A DNA stretch of 61,960 nucleotides, taken from contig CABUWG010000004.1 of the NCBI GenBank assembly GCA_902495305.1, positions 1-61,960 of the forward strand, read 5' to 3'. The notes under the pieces were generated by a model that saw only the letters and a program-made list of their open reading frames with translations, did no database searches and was not told the DNA's origin. This DNA is from an uncultured Pseudomonadota bacterium (lineage in GTDB: Bacteria > Pseudomonadota > Alphaproteobacteria > RF32 > CAG-239). The translations under genes and the position numbers were made by a program. Of this stretch, positions 53,933 to 61,960 are shown one piece after another (the first letter of the stretch is position 1; each line of letters opens with the position of its first letter).

Positions 53933-55052
53933 CAGCAATCTCCGGCGGCCGGCGGCGTTTGGCAAACATTCCGGGGGTATAAAACAAAAGCAGGTAGACG
54001 CAGACGATGAACGGAAGAATCAGGTTTATGTACATTAAAGGCAGCAGGCTGAGTTTTTTGGCCGCCAGATTGCCAAAAGACAAGTCAAAAGCCTGCAGCA
54101 AGACCATGGCAACAATGCTGACCGAAATAATCCGGCTCTGGCCGCGGCGGTTGAAGTTGCCGACAAGCAGGCCGGTGCAAGCCAGCAAGGCAAAAACAAT
54201 GTTGTAAAAAGGATTGATAATGCGGCGGTGGCCTTCAACAACATAACGGCGTTGTTCTTTGGGCGTCAGGCCGGGGTCATTTTGGGCATTTAACAGTTCA
54301 AAGAAGCCTTTTTCCCGAGCGCTGGTGTCTTTGTTTTTTTTGCTGCCGCTCAGGCCGAAGTCAACAGAGTAGCGTTCAAAAGCCAAAGAAGAAAAACGGA
54401 AGCCGTTTTGGCTGAGTTCCTGTCGAGAGCCATTGACCATAATAATTCTCGGCCCTTTGTCGGTGTAGGCAACGCGTCCTTTTTCTGCGGAAAGCGTGGT
54501 TTTGTTTTGAGGGTCGCGTTCATCATTAACCAGAATGCCGGATATGGAGCCGTCTTTTTCATGAGATGTAATAAAAACAGTCAGGCCGTTTTGGAGTTCG
54601 GTAAACTCGCCTTCGCGGAACATCAGGTGAGAAACGTCATTTTTTATCTGCCATTCCAGTTCGTTAAAGGCTTTTTCGGCCATCGGGATTCCGTAATTGT
54701 AGGCATAAAGGTTGATAAAATATAAAAAAGCGCCGATAATCAGAGCCGGTTTTGCGCCCTGCCAAGGGCTGATGCCGGCGGATTTGATGACGACAAGTTC
54801 GCGGTCACCGAGCATCCGGTTATAAACAAACAAGACGGCGACAAAAGCGCAAATCGGCGACAACAACACAAAAAGCCGCGGCATAAGCAGGGAGGTGAGC
54901 TTTACAAACAAACCGACGGGAATGCCTTTGTTGGTGATTAAATCTACAAAGCGCAAGGACTGCGTCAGCCAGAGAATGGAGAGCAGTGAAAAAGTTACCA
55001 GAAGAAACCCGATAAAAATTTGTTTTACTATGTAGCGGTTCAGTTTTTTCAT
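53925..55052 (-). CDS. lptF: LptF/LptG-family LPS export permease (tentatively LptF)
   Basis: MKKLNRYIVKQIF... with the 6-TM YjgP/YjgQ architecture. The F versus G assignment is tentative. Confidence 0.8.
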   Translation of the reverse strand: MKKLNRYIVKQIFIGFLLVTFSLLSILWLTQSLRFVDLITNKGIPVGLFVKLTSLLMPRLFVLLSPICAFVAVLFVYNRMLGDRELVVIKSAGISPWQGAKPALIIGAFLYFINLYAYNYGIPMAEKAFNELEWQIKNDVSHLMFREGEFTELQNGLTVFITSHEKDGSISGILVNDERDPQNKTTLSAEKGRVAYTDKGPRIIMVNGSRQELSQNGFRFSSLAFERYSVDFGLSGSKKNKDTSAREKGFFELLNAQNDPGLTPKEQRRYVVEGHRRIINPFYNIVFALLACTGLLVGNFNRRGQSRIISVSIVAMVLLQAFDLSFGNLAAKKLSLLPLMYINLILPFIVCVYLLLFYTPGMFAKRRRPPEIADV

Positions 55053-55124
55053 AAGCGAGATTATAAACAAAATTATTAATAAAAAAACAACTTTTTTATC
55101 TTTTTTGCCTGTTTTCGGGTTTTT

Positions 55125-56039
55125 TTAGCTTTTATCGGAAACTTTTTCGGGCAGGCGGTTATAAATCAGCCCGCTCAGCCGTTCCGGAAGAATCGAAACC
55201 AGCCATGCGGCGAATCTGAGCGGCCACGGAAAAGCAATCAGGCCGATGTTTTTTTCAAGGCGGGCGGCAATGATTGCGGCGGCTTTGTCGGCCTGCATGA
55301 AAAAAGGCATCGGACAGGTGTTTTTGTCGGTGATGCGGGATTTTACGAATCCGGGGCAGATAACGCTGACATTAATGCCGAACGGTTTTAACTGTCCGCG
55401 CAGAGCCGCGCCCCAAGCCTTTACGCAGGCTTTGGAGGCAGAATAGGACGGGCAGGCCGGCAAGCCGTGGTATCCGGCAATCGAACTGACAATAGCAATG
55501 CTTTTGTTATCGTTTTTATATAATTCGCAACCGATGTCACCAAGATATTTCCGGCTGAAAGGGTTGCGGAAAAAAGCTTTCTTTTTGGCTTTGGTACGGG
55601 CAATGAACTGATCCAGCGACGAATTGGCATTGTCTTTCTGGCTGAGCAGGCGTTCGCGGCGGGCTTTGTAGATGTCTATGGCCGGAAGAACGGTGTTGAT
55701 GACGCCGAAGACGTTGGTGTTGAACGTATTGTAAATATTTTCTTCGGTTTCGGTGACGGAAGAAACGCCGGCATTGGCAATTATCAGATTGATATCTGCG
55801 ATTTTTTCACATTCGTTCAGCCAGTTTTTGACTTGTTCGCGGTCGGTAACGTCAATGATTGCGGCATAGACCGTTGTTCCGAATTTTTGGCAGAGAACGC
55901 GGGTTTCGTTAAGCCGGTCGGCATTGCGGCCGCAGATAAAAAGGTTTTTGGCGCCGTTTCGGGCATAATGAACGGCGAGAGCCTGTCCAATGCCGCTGCT
56001 GGCACCGGTTATCAATATATTTTGGCCTTTTTTTAACAT
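55125..56039 (-). CDS. short-chain dehydrogenase/reductase
   Basis: TGASSGIGQA Rossmann motif, NAG, and the S...YSASK catalytic motif. Confidence 0.85.
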   Translation of the reverse strand: MLKKGQNILITGASSGIGQALAVHYARNGAKNLFICGRNADRLNETRVLCQKFGTTVYAAIIDVTDREQVKNWLNECEKIADINLIIANAGVSSVTETEENIYNTFNTNVFGVINTVLPAIDIYKARRERLLSQKDNANSSLDQFIARTKAKKKAFFRNPFSRKYLGDIGCELYKNDNKSIAIVSSIAGYHGLPACPSYSASKACVKAWGAALRGQLKPFGINVSVICPGFVKSRITDKNTCPMPFFMQADKAAAIIAARLEKNIGLIAFPWPLRFAAWLVSILPERLSGLIYNRLPEKVSDKS

Positions 56040-56117
56040 GTCTTCCTCAAAAAGTAAAAGCTTGTTAATGATTGTTAGTATATATTTATTAAAAAAGTTT
56101 ATATAGGAGATTATATT

Positions 56118-57023
56118 TTGAATATATCCAGTATGACCGGTTTTGCAAGAAAGAACGGGAATTATTCCGGCGGTGCGGAAGAGTATTCATGGGTTTGGGA
56201 AGTAAAGTCCGTAAACGGCAAAGGCTTGGATTTGAAAGCCAAACTGCCGCCGAAGTTTGAGGCGCTGGGCGTTGTTTTGAAAAATACCGCGGCAGAGGTT
56301 TTGAACCGCGGAAACATCAGCGCTTTTTTGGAGTTTTCTTCAGACGGAGAGGTGCAAAAAGTCAGGATTAACCACGATTTGTTAAGAGAACTGGCAACGG
56401 TTGCAACGAATTTGTATGACGGCAGCGGCGGAAAGCTGGAAAAGCCGTCTGCTTCCGCGCTTCTCGGGATTAAAGGCGTGGTGGAAACGGATGATTATGC
56501 GGCAGACGAAGAAGAGCAGAAAAAGCTTGAACAGGCTTTGCTGTCTTCTTTTGCCGGTGCCTGTCGTTTGCTGAAAGAAGCCCGCGAATCGGAAGGAAGC
56601 AAAGTAAAGGAGATTTTGACGGATATTCTGGTGCAAATAAAAGAAACGGCGGCCAAAGCCGAAAATCTTGCCGCAGGGCTGCCGGAAATTTTGAAGCAAA
56701 AGCTTAAGGAACAAATTGCAGCTTTGCTTGAACCGTCGGAGGAAATTGGCGAAGAGCGTCTGGCGCAGGAAGTGGTTTTGCTGGTGAACCGCAGTGACGT
56801 GCGGGAAGAACTTGACCGGCTGAAGGCGCATATTCGGGCTGCGGAAGAAATGCTGGCACAAGGCGGCACAATCGGGCGGCGGCTGGATTTTTTGTGTCAG
56901 GAATTGAATCGGGAGGCGAACACCCTGTGTTCCAAGTCTGCCGATGTTGATTTGACGAATCTGGGAATGAACTTGAAAGTTCTGATTGAGCAGTTTCGGG
57001 AACAAGTGCAAAATATTGAGTGA
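56118..57023 (+). CDS. yicC: YicC-family stress-induced protein
   Basis: SMTGFAR N-terminus and the C-terminal DUF1732 block (GRRLDFLCQELNREANTLCSKS). TTG start with AGGAG 7 nt upstream. Confidence 0.85.
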   Translation: MNISSMTGFARKNGNYSGGAEEYSWVWEVKSVNGKGLDLKAKLPPKFEALGVVLKNTAAEVLNRGNISAFLEFSSDGEVQKVRINHDLLRELATVATNLYDGSGGKLEKPSASALLGIKGVVETDDYAADEEEQKKLEQALLSSFAGACRLLKEARESEGSKVKEILTDILVQIKETAAKAENLAAGLPEILKQKLKEQIAALLEPSEEIGEERLAQEVVLLVNRSDVREELDRLKAHIRAAEEMLAQGGTIGRRLDFLCQELNREANTLCSKSADVDLTNLGMNLKVLIEQFREQVQNIE

Positions 57024-57030
57024 GGTAAAA

Positions 57031-57696
57031 ATGTCTGAGGTTATTGAAAAGTTAAAACAGGTTCGCAAAGGGGCGATGTTTATTATCGAAGGGCCGTCGG
57101 GAATCGGAAAAGGAACGGTGGTCAAAGAGCTGCTGAAACGGGACAGCAACATCAAATTCTCGGTTTCGGTCACAACGCGCGAAAAACGGGTTGGCGAACA
57201 GGACGGCGTGGATTATTATTTTATTAATGACCAGCAGTATGATGAGTTTTTGGCACAGGACGCTTTTTATGAATATGTCAATTCGCAATACGGCCCGCGT
57301 TACGGGACGCTGCGGTCGGAAGTTGACAGTTTTATCAATGTCGGACAAGACGTTTTGTTTGACATGGACTGGCTGGGAGCACGCCAGATGCGTGAGAAAG
57401 CCGGCGATGATGTGGTGACGATTTATCTTTTGCCGCCGTCAATCAAAGTTTTGCGCGAGCGGCTGGAAAAACGCGGAACGGATTCCAAAGAAACGATTGA
57501 AAAAAGAATGAACGTGCTGTTGGACAAGATGAGCCATTGGAACGAATTTGATTATGTTATTGTCAATGAGAATCTGGAAGACACCGTTTTTAAAATTCAA
57601 AAAATTATTTCCGGCGAGAGAATGAAGCGGGTTCGTCAGATTGGTCTGCCGGGGTTTGTTAAAGAACTGGTTGCCGAAGTAAAAGAAGGGAAGTAA
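57031..57696 (+). CDS. gmk: guanylate kinase
   Basis: GPSGIGKGT P-loop and the TTR.KR..E.DGVDY motif. Confidence 0.93.
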   Translation: MSEVIEKLKQVRKGAMFIIEGPSGIGKGTVVKELLKRDSNIKFSVSVTTREKRVGEQDGVDYYFINDQQYDEFLAQDAFYEYVNSQYGPRYGTLRSEVDSFINVGQDVLFDMDWLGARQMREKAGDDVVTIYLLPPSIKVLRERLEKRGTDSKETIEKRMNVLLDKMSHWNEFDYVIVNENLEDTVFKIQKIISGERMKRVRQIGLPGFVKELVAEVKEGK

Positions 57697-57705
57697 GTAA
57701 GCTTC

Positions 57706-58293
57706 TTATTTGTCTTCTTCTTCGTCTTCCGGCGGAATATAAGCTTTAATCTGCTGCCGTTGTTCGGGCTTCATAACCTTATAGACAGCGGCGGCATTTT
57801 TTTCGGCGCCGGCAACTTTAAGAAAAATGGCTTGCTGATAGAGGTTGAAGGCATGAACCAGATCTTGCGGAATGCCAATGCCGCGGGCATTCATCCAAGC
57901 ATAAATTTCAACCGCGTGCGGATTATTTTCGGCAACGCGAAGCAATATTTCATCCAGTTCCACCGGCGTAACACGGTTTTCCTTAATGGCGAGGACGGCG
58001 TTGTCCCATTTGCGCTGGCGGGCAATACGGGCTTCTTCTTCTATTTTATATTTGTCAACCAACGGAATTTGATAAGGCGTGATTTTGGGGTCTTCCGCTT
58101 TGATCGCCAGTGGAATTTCGGTTATGCCGTCTTCAATCAGAACATCGGGAATCTTGCGGTTTTTAACATAAAGCGGCAGGTAACCCTCGTTGTCGGATTT
58201 TACCAGATCACGGTAAATCTCGTCCAAACTGGTGCTGTGCGCCGGTTTGACGAACAAAAAGGCGAGAAGTGTAAAAAATGCCAGCTTTTTCAT
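57706..58293 (-). CDS. secreted Sel1-like repeat protein (hypothetical)
   Basis: Signal peptide MKKLAFFTLLAFLFVKPAHS. One SLR-like unit (YAWMNARGIGIPQDLVHAFNLYQQA). Confidence 0.6.
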   Translation of the reverse strand: MKKLAFFTLLAFLFVKPAHSTSLDEIYRDLVKSDNEGYLPLYVKNRKIPDVLIEDGITEIPLAIKAEDPKITPYQIPLVDKYKIEEEARIARQRKWDNAVLAIKENRVTPVELDEILLRVAENNPHAVEIYAWMNARGIGIPQDLVHAFNLYQQAIFLKVAGAEKNAAAVYKVMKPEQRQQIKAYIPPEDEEEDK

Positions 58294-58416
58294 TTTCTTT
58301 GTGTCTTTTTCCTTAATTTTATTGTAATACTACTCAAGACTTGTTACATATTAAAGCAATATTTATGGCTTATAAACAAGGCGCAATATGATTTTATCCG
58401 GTTGTCGGGAGGCAAA

Positions 58417-59352
58417 ATGAAAAAAATTTATAATTCAATTACGGAAATGGTGGGGCATACGCCGCTGCTGAAATTGTCCCGTCTGGCAAAAAAACATAAG
58501 CTGAAAGCAAAGCTTTTGGGAAAATGCGAGGCGTATAATCCGGTTTTTTCGGTCAAAGACCGTGTGGCCAAGCAAATGTTGGAAAATGCCGAAAAATCAG
58601 GTCCGGTGACCGAGGATACGGTTTTTGTGGAGGCAACGTCCGGCAATACCGGCATTGCTTTGGCGGCAATGTGTGCGGCCAAAGGCTATAAGCTGGTGAT
58701 TACCATGCCGGAGAATATGTCAAAAGAACGGATTATGCTGATGCGGCTGTTCGGAGCCGAGGTTATTCTGACGCCGGCAGAAGACGGAATGTCCGGCGCT
58801 ATTGCCAAGGCCGATATGCTGGCAGAAAAAAATCCGAACGTGGTTTTGTTGCGTCAGTTTGAGAATCCGGCGAATCCGGAAGCGCATAAACTTGGGACCG
58901 GCATTGAGATCTTTGAAGATACCGGCGGGGAGGTTGATGCCGTCGTTATTGCGGTCGGAACGTCCGGAACGCTGAACGGCGTTGCTTCGACATTGAAAAG
59001 TTATAATCCTGATTTGTATGTGGTGGCGGTTGAGCCGAAAAACAGTGCGGTTTTGACCGGAGGAGACAAAGGTATTCACAAAATTCCGGGGATTGGCGCC
59101 GGATTTGTGCCGGTGTTTTATGATGCCTCGCTGGTTGATGAAGTTTTTGACATTGCCGATGAAGCTGCGGCGTCTATGGCCAGAGAATGTGCGCAGACAG
59201 AGGGGCTGCCGGTCGGAATTTCTGCCGGTGCGGCGCTTTCTGCCGCCGTGGAACTCGGCCAGCGGGACGAGATGAGAGGCAAGACGATTGTTGTTGTTCT
59301 GCCTGACGCGGCCGAACGTTATCTTTCAACAGGATTATTGGATCAGGACTGA
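58417..59352 (+). CDS. cysK: cysteine synthase A (O-acetylserine sulfhydrylase)
   Basis: PLP-lysine motif NPVFSVKDR and GTSGT loop. I used the ATG at 58417 with a GGGAGG RBS. The upstream 219 codons of the track ORF are antisense to the Sel1-like gene. Confidence 0.93.
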   Translation: MKKIYNSITEMVGHTPLLKLSRLAKKHKLKAKLLGKCEAYNPVFSVKDRVAKQMLENAEKSGPVTEDTVFVEATSGNTGIALAAMCAAKGYKLVITMPENMSKERIMLMRLFGAEVILTPAEDGMSGAIAKADMLAEKNPNVVLLRQFENPANPEAHKLGTGIEIFEDTGGEVDAVVIAVGTSGTLNGVASTLKSYNPDLYVVAVEPKNSAVLTGGDKGIHKIPGIGAGFVPVFYDASLVDEVFDIADEAAASMARECAQTEGLPVGISAGAALSAAVELGQRDEMRGKTIVVVLPDAAERYLSTGLLDQD

Positions 59353-59358
59353 AAAATT

Positions 59359-60300
59359 ATGTTGTTTAATAAAGTTGCGATTATCGGTGTCGGATTAATC
59401 GGCTCTTCTTTGGCGCGGGTTATCCGTCATAATCATCTGGCAAAAATTATTACCGGCTTTGACAATAATCCGGAATATCTTCGCAAGGCCAAAGAAATCG
59501 GCGTTATTGACGAAGCCGCCGAAAACGCTGCCGGTGCGGCTGCCGAGGCCGATCTGGTGGTTTTGGCCACGCCGGTCGGGGCGTATGGCGCGATTAGCGC
59601 AAAAATTGTGCCGGTGATGAAAAAAGGCGCGGTGATTACGGATGTCGGTTCGGTCAAAAAATATGCCGCGGCGGAAATCGAGAAGCATATTCCGTCCGGA
59701 AGCGGGATTATTTATGTTCCCGGACATCCGGTTGCCGGTACCGAAAAGTCTGGTCCCGAAGCCGGATTTTTGGAATTGTTTGAAGGGCGCTGGTGCATCT
59801 TGACCCCCGGAAAATTTGCCACGCCGGAAGCGACGGCAAAAGTTTCGGCGATGTGGCAGGCGGCAAAGATGAAAATTGACACCATGACACCGGATCATCA
59901 TGACAAGGTGATGGCGGCGGTTTCGCACCTTCCGCACCTGATTGCTTTTTCCATTGTCGGGACGGTGGCCGATTTGGAAGGCTATGAAAAACAGGAAATT
60001 ATCAAGTATTCGGCTTCCGGTTTTCGGGATTTTACCCGTATTGCCGGTTCTGACCCGACAATGTGGCGGGATATTCTGCTGAATAACAAAGAGACTATTC
60101 TGGAGCTGATTCAACGTTTTGTCGAGGATTTGATTGCCCTGCAGCGCAATATCCGCTGGGACGAGGGAGATAAGCTGTTTGAGCTTTTTTCGCGGACGCA
60201 GAAAATTCGCAAAGAGGTTATTGAAGCCAAGCAGGATCAGCCGGAAATCGAAAAGAAAATTCTGGCCGAACTTAACCGTGAGAATAGTCTTGATAAATAA
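59359..60300 (+). CDS. tyrC: prephenate/arogenate dehydrogenase
   Basis: IIGVGLIGSSLA NAD motif and the GHPVAGTEKSG catalytic region. Confidence 0.88.
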   Translation: MLFNKVAIIGVGLIGSSLARVIRHNHLAKIITGFDNNPEYLRKAKEIGVIDEAAENAAGAAAEADLVVLATPVGAYGAISAKIVPVMKKGAVITDVGSVKKYAAAEIEKHIPSGSGIIYVPGHPVAGTEKSGPEAGFLELFEGRWCILTPGKFATPEATAKVSAMWQAAKMKIDTMTPDHHDKVMAAVSHLPHLIAFSIVGTVADLEGYEKQEIIKYSASGFRDFTRIAGSDPTMWRDILLNNKETILELIQRFVEDLIALQRNIRWDEGDKLFELFSRTQKIRKEVIEAKQDQPEIEKKILAELNRENSLDK

Positions 60301-60348
60301 GAGATTATTTTATATTCTGAACAGAAATGAACTAATGATTGGATAAAA

Positions 60349-61455
60349 ATGAACCCGCAGTCTATTCTTGGAAAATATTTGACCAAACAGATTATTTACA
60401 ATTTTTTGGCCGTTTTGTTGATGGTTATGGGAATTGTCATGCTGTTTGAAGTGGTTGAGCTGCTGCGCCGCGCTTCGGGACGTGATGACGCTTCTTTCGG
60501 TTTTATTATGCAGATGGCTTTTACCAAGCTGCCCAAAACGGTTGAGATGGTTTTTCCGTTTGTGATGATGATTGCGGCGATGATTACGTTCTGGAAGCTC
60601 AGCAAAAGCAATGAGTTTGTGATTATTCGCAGTGCCGGCGTTTCTATCTGGGGATTTTTGGCGCCGGTTTTGCTGGCGACTTTTTTGATCGGTGTGGTGA
60701 ATGTGACGGTTGTGAATCCGATTTCCGCCCGAATGAATGAGTTGTACGAGACGTTGGATTACCGTTTTAAGACCCGTAATCCCAAAGCGGTTTTGTTTTC
60801 CGAAAAAGGGTTGTGGCTGCGGGAAGCGATTGCGGCCGACAAGTTTCTTTATTTGCAGGCAAAATCCGTGCGTCAGGAGCAAAACAGCCTTTTTTTACGC
60901 GGCGTGACGATTTTGGAAATGAACAGGGAATCGCAGAATCTGCGACGGGTAGAAGCTTATGCCGCCAATCTGAAAGGCGATGAGTTTGAGCTGATTAACG
61001 TGAAAGTTTATGAACCCGGAAAGCCGACGCTGTCTTTGGACAAGGTTATGTACAAGACAACGTTGACAATTGAGCGGATTAAAGAAAATTTTGTAGAGCC
61101 GGAATCTATTTCTTTTTGGGATTTGCCTGATACCATACGTTTTTATGAAATGTCAGGCTTTTCGGCGCAAAAGCACTGGCTGCGTTATCTTTCCCTGCTG
61201 GCTTCGCCCTTTTTGCTCTGTTCCATGGTTCTTGTTGCCGCCGTTTTTGCCCTGCGTCCGAACAACCGGCGGGGCGGGGTGATGTATCTGATTGTCGGCG
61301 GCCTTTCCACCGGTTTTATTGTCTACTTCATGTCGCAAGTCATTTATGCCTTTGGGGTCAACAATGTTATCCCCGGTTTTTTGGCGGTTTGGACGCCGGC
61401 GTTAATTGTGATGATGATTAGTGTGTCGGTTCTCCTCCATCTCGAAGACGGGTAA
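60349..61455 (+). CDS. lptG: LptF/LptG-family LPS export permease (tentatively LptG)
   Basis: YjgP/YjgQ architecture, 368 aa. Its stop codon lies inside repeat element A3. Confidence 0.8.
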   Translation: MNPQSILGKYLTKQIIYNFLAVLLMVMGIVMLFEVVELLRRASGRDDASFGFIMQMAFTKLPKTVEMVFPFVMMIAAMITFWKLSKSNEFVIIRSAGVSIWGFLAPVLLATFLIGVVNVTVVNPISARMNELYETLDYRFKTRNPKAVLFSEKGLWLREAIAADKFLYLQAKSVRQEQNSLFLRGVTILEMNRESQNLRRVEAYAANLKGDEFELINVKVYEPGKPTLSLDKVMYKTTLTIERIKENFVEPESISFWDLPDTIRFYEMSGFSAQKHWLRYLSLLASPFLLCSMVLVAAVFALRPNNRRGGVMYLIVGGLSTGFIVYFMSQVIYAFGVNNVIPGFLAVWTPALIVMMISVSVLLHLEDG

Positions 61456-61580
61456 AAAACGCGTATAATGGCCGACTAATACAGATTTAGCGGGCTGGAG
61501 AAATGCTCATGTACCTCTATGTACACTCCGCTTTCTCCACCCTAAAATCTTATTATTCGGCTCATTCTCCGCGTTTTTTA
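61452..61580. repeat. palindromic element family A, copy A3 (contains the lptG stop codon)
   Basis: Perfect 12-bp terminal inverted repeat gtaaaaaacgcg / cgcgttttttac. Core catgtac-ctctat-gtacac. Confidence 0.65.
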
Positions 61581-61689
61581 CAGCGGCCTGAAGGGGCGCT
61601 TGGAATAGAGAAAATTGAGGCTAAGTCATGTATGTCTTTATACACTCCTGTTGCCGGAGTTGCTTTTCTCTTTCTTATTTCCACCCTCT

Positions 61690-61915
61690 TTTGTTGCCGC
61701 TTTTCTTATTTTATTTTCCGGTTTTGATTTTTTCATATAGTTGGTTATTTCTTTTCGCTACTTTTGTCATGCTACAAAAGTAGCCCAAAAAAGCTAGCCC
61801 GCTCTCGCTTTCTAAGCTTTCAAGAAAAAGGCCGGGAGGCCGGCAGCCACAAACGTCGCTACGCTCCACTATATAGTGCTTCAATTTTACCTCTTTTTCT
61901 CAAAAGCTAAGAAGT
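61690..61915. repeat. intergenic repeat family E, copy 2
   Basis: It shares blocks with 9560..9775. Its hairpin at 61757..61784 differs from 9639..9664 by two compensatory base pairs. Confidence 0.6.
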
Positions 61916-61938
61916 TGCTCGCGAAGGGCAAATCAACT

Positions 61939-61960
61939 TAGGCATCTAGGCTCGCAGTGG
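61939..61960. repeat. repeat family B, 5' part (cut by window end)
   Basis: cttaggcatctaggctcgcagtgg matches 28061.. and 34738.. Confidence 0.5.

Noticed and set aside
57760-58416. 219-codon N-terminal extension of the cysK ORF in the track (57760..59352).
   Set aside because: The extension is antisense to the Sel1-like gene. CysK homology begins at the ATG at 58417, which has a GGGAGG RBS.

Overview
This window looks like the replication-origin-proximal chromosome of a reduced-genome alphaproteobacterium. An intracellular Rickettsiales/Holosporales-like lifestyle is my inference from synteny and repeat load and is not proven. The core backbone starts with parB-parA-rsmG, mnmG, mnmE and rho on the minus strand. 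A 470-bp gene-free region with DnaA-type and CtrA-type boxes follows (candidate oriC). After it come coaE-dnaQ, secB, a Tim44-like gene, mltA, smr, nth, tsaD, mic60-like/hemY-like genes, rbfA, truB-rpsO-pnp, rplY-pth-ychF, trmL, ampG, hslVU, hemW, aroK, xerD, rsmA-surA-lptD-lptF, yicC-gmk, cysK-tyrC and lptG. I found no rRNA, tRNA, CRISPR array, transposase or phage genes. The accessory content is as follows. (1) An unclassified structured RNA of about 150 nt with a terminator/antiterminator architecture sits upstream of a small XRE gene. It occurs in two copies whose helices differ by compensatory changes; this is my top candidate for something new. (2) A five-gene insertion splits the normally adjacent mnmG/rsmG pair: a PHP phosphoesterase, a divergent MurA-like enolpyruvyl transferase and three tandem HDIG paralogs. 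(3) Several families of modular palindromic repeats fill intergenic regions. They nest into each other, supply stop codons to pnp and lptG, and one sits in frame inside hemW. (4) There are small AT-rich orphan islands: one between rbfA and truB, one between pnp and rplY, and one after ychF. (5) There is an archaeal/eukaryote-type ADP-dependent sugar kinase and a zeta-toxin-like TA pair. All calls rest on reading the sequence and recalling family motifs. No database search was run.
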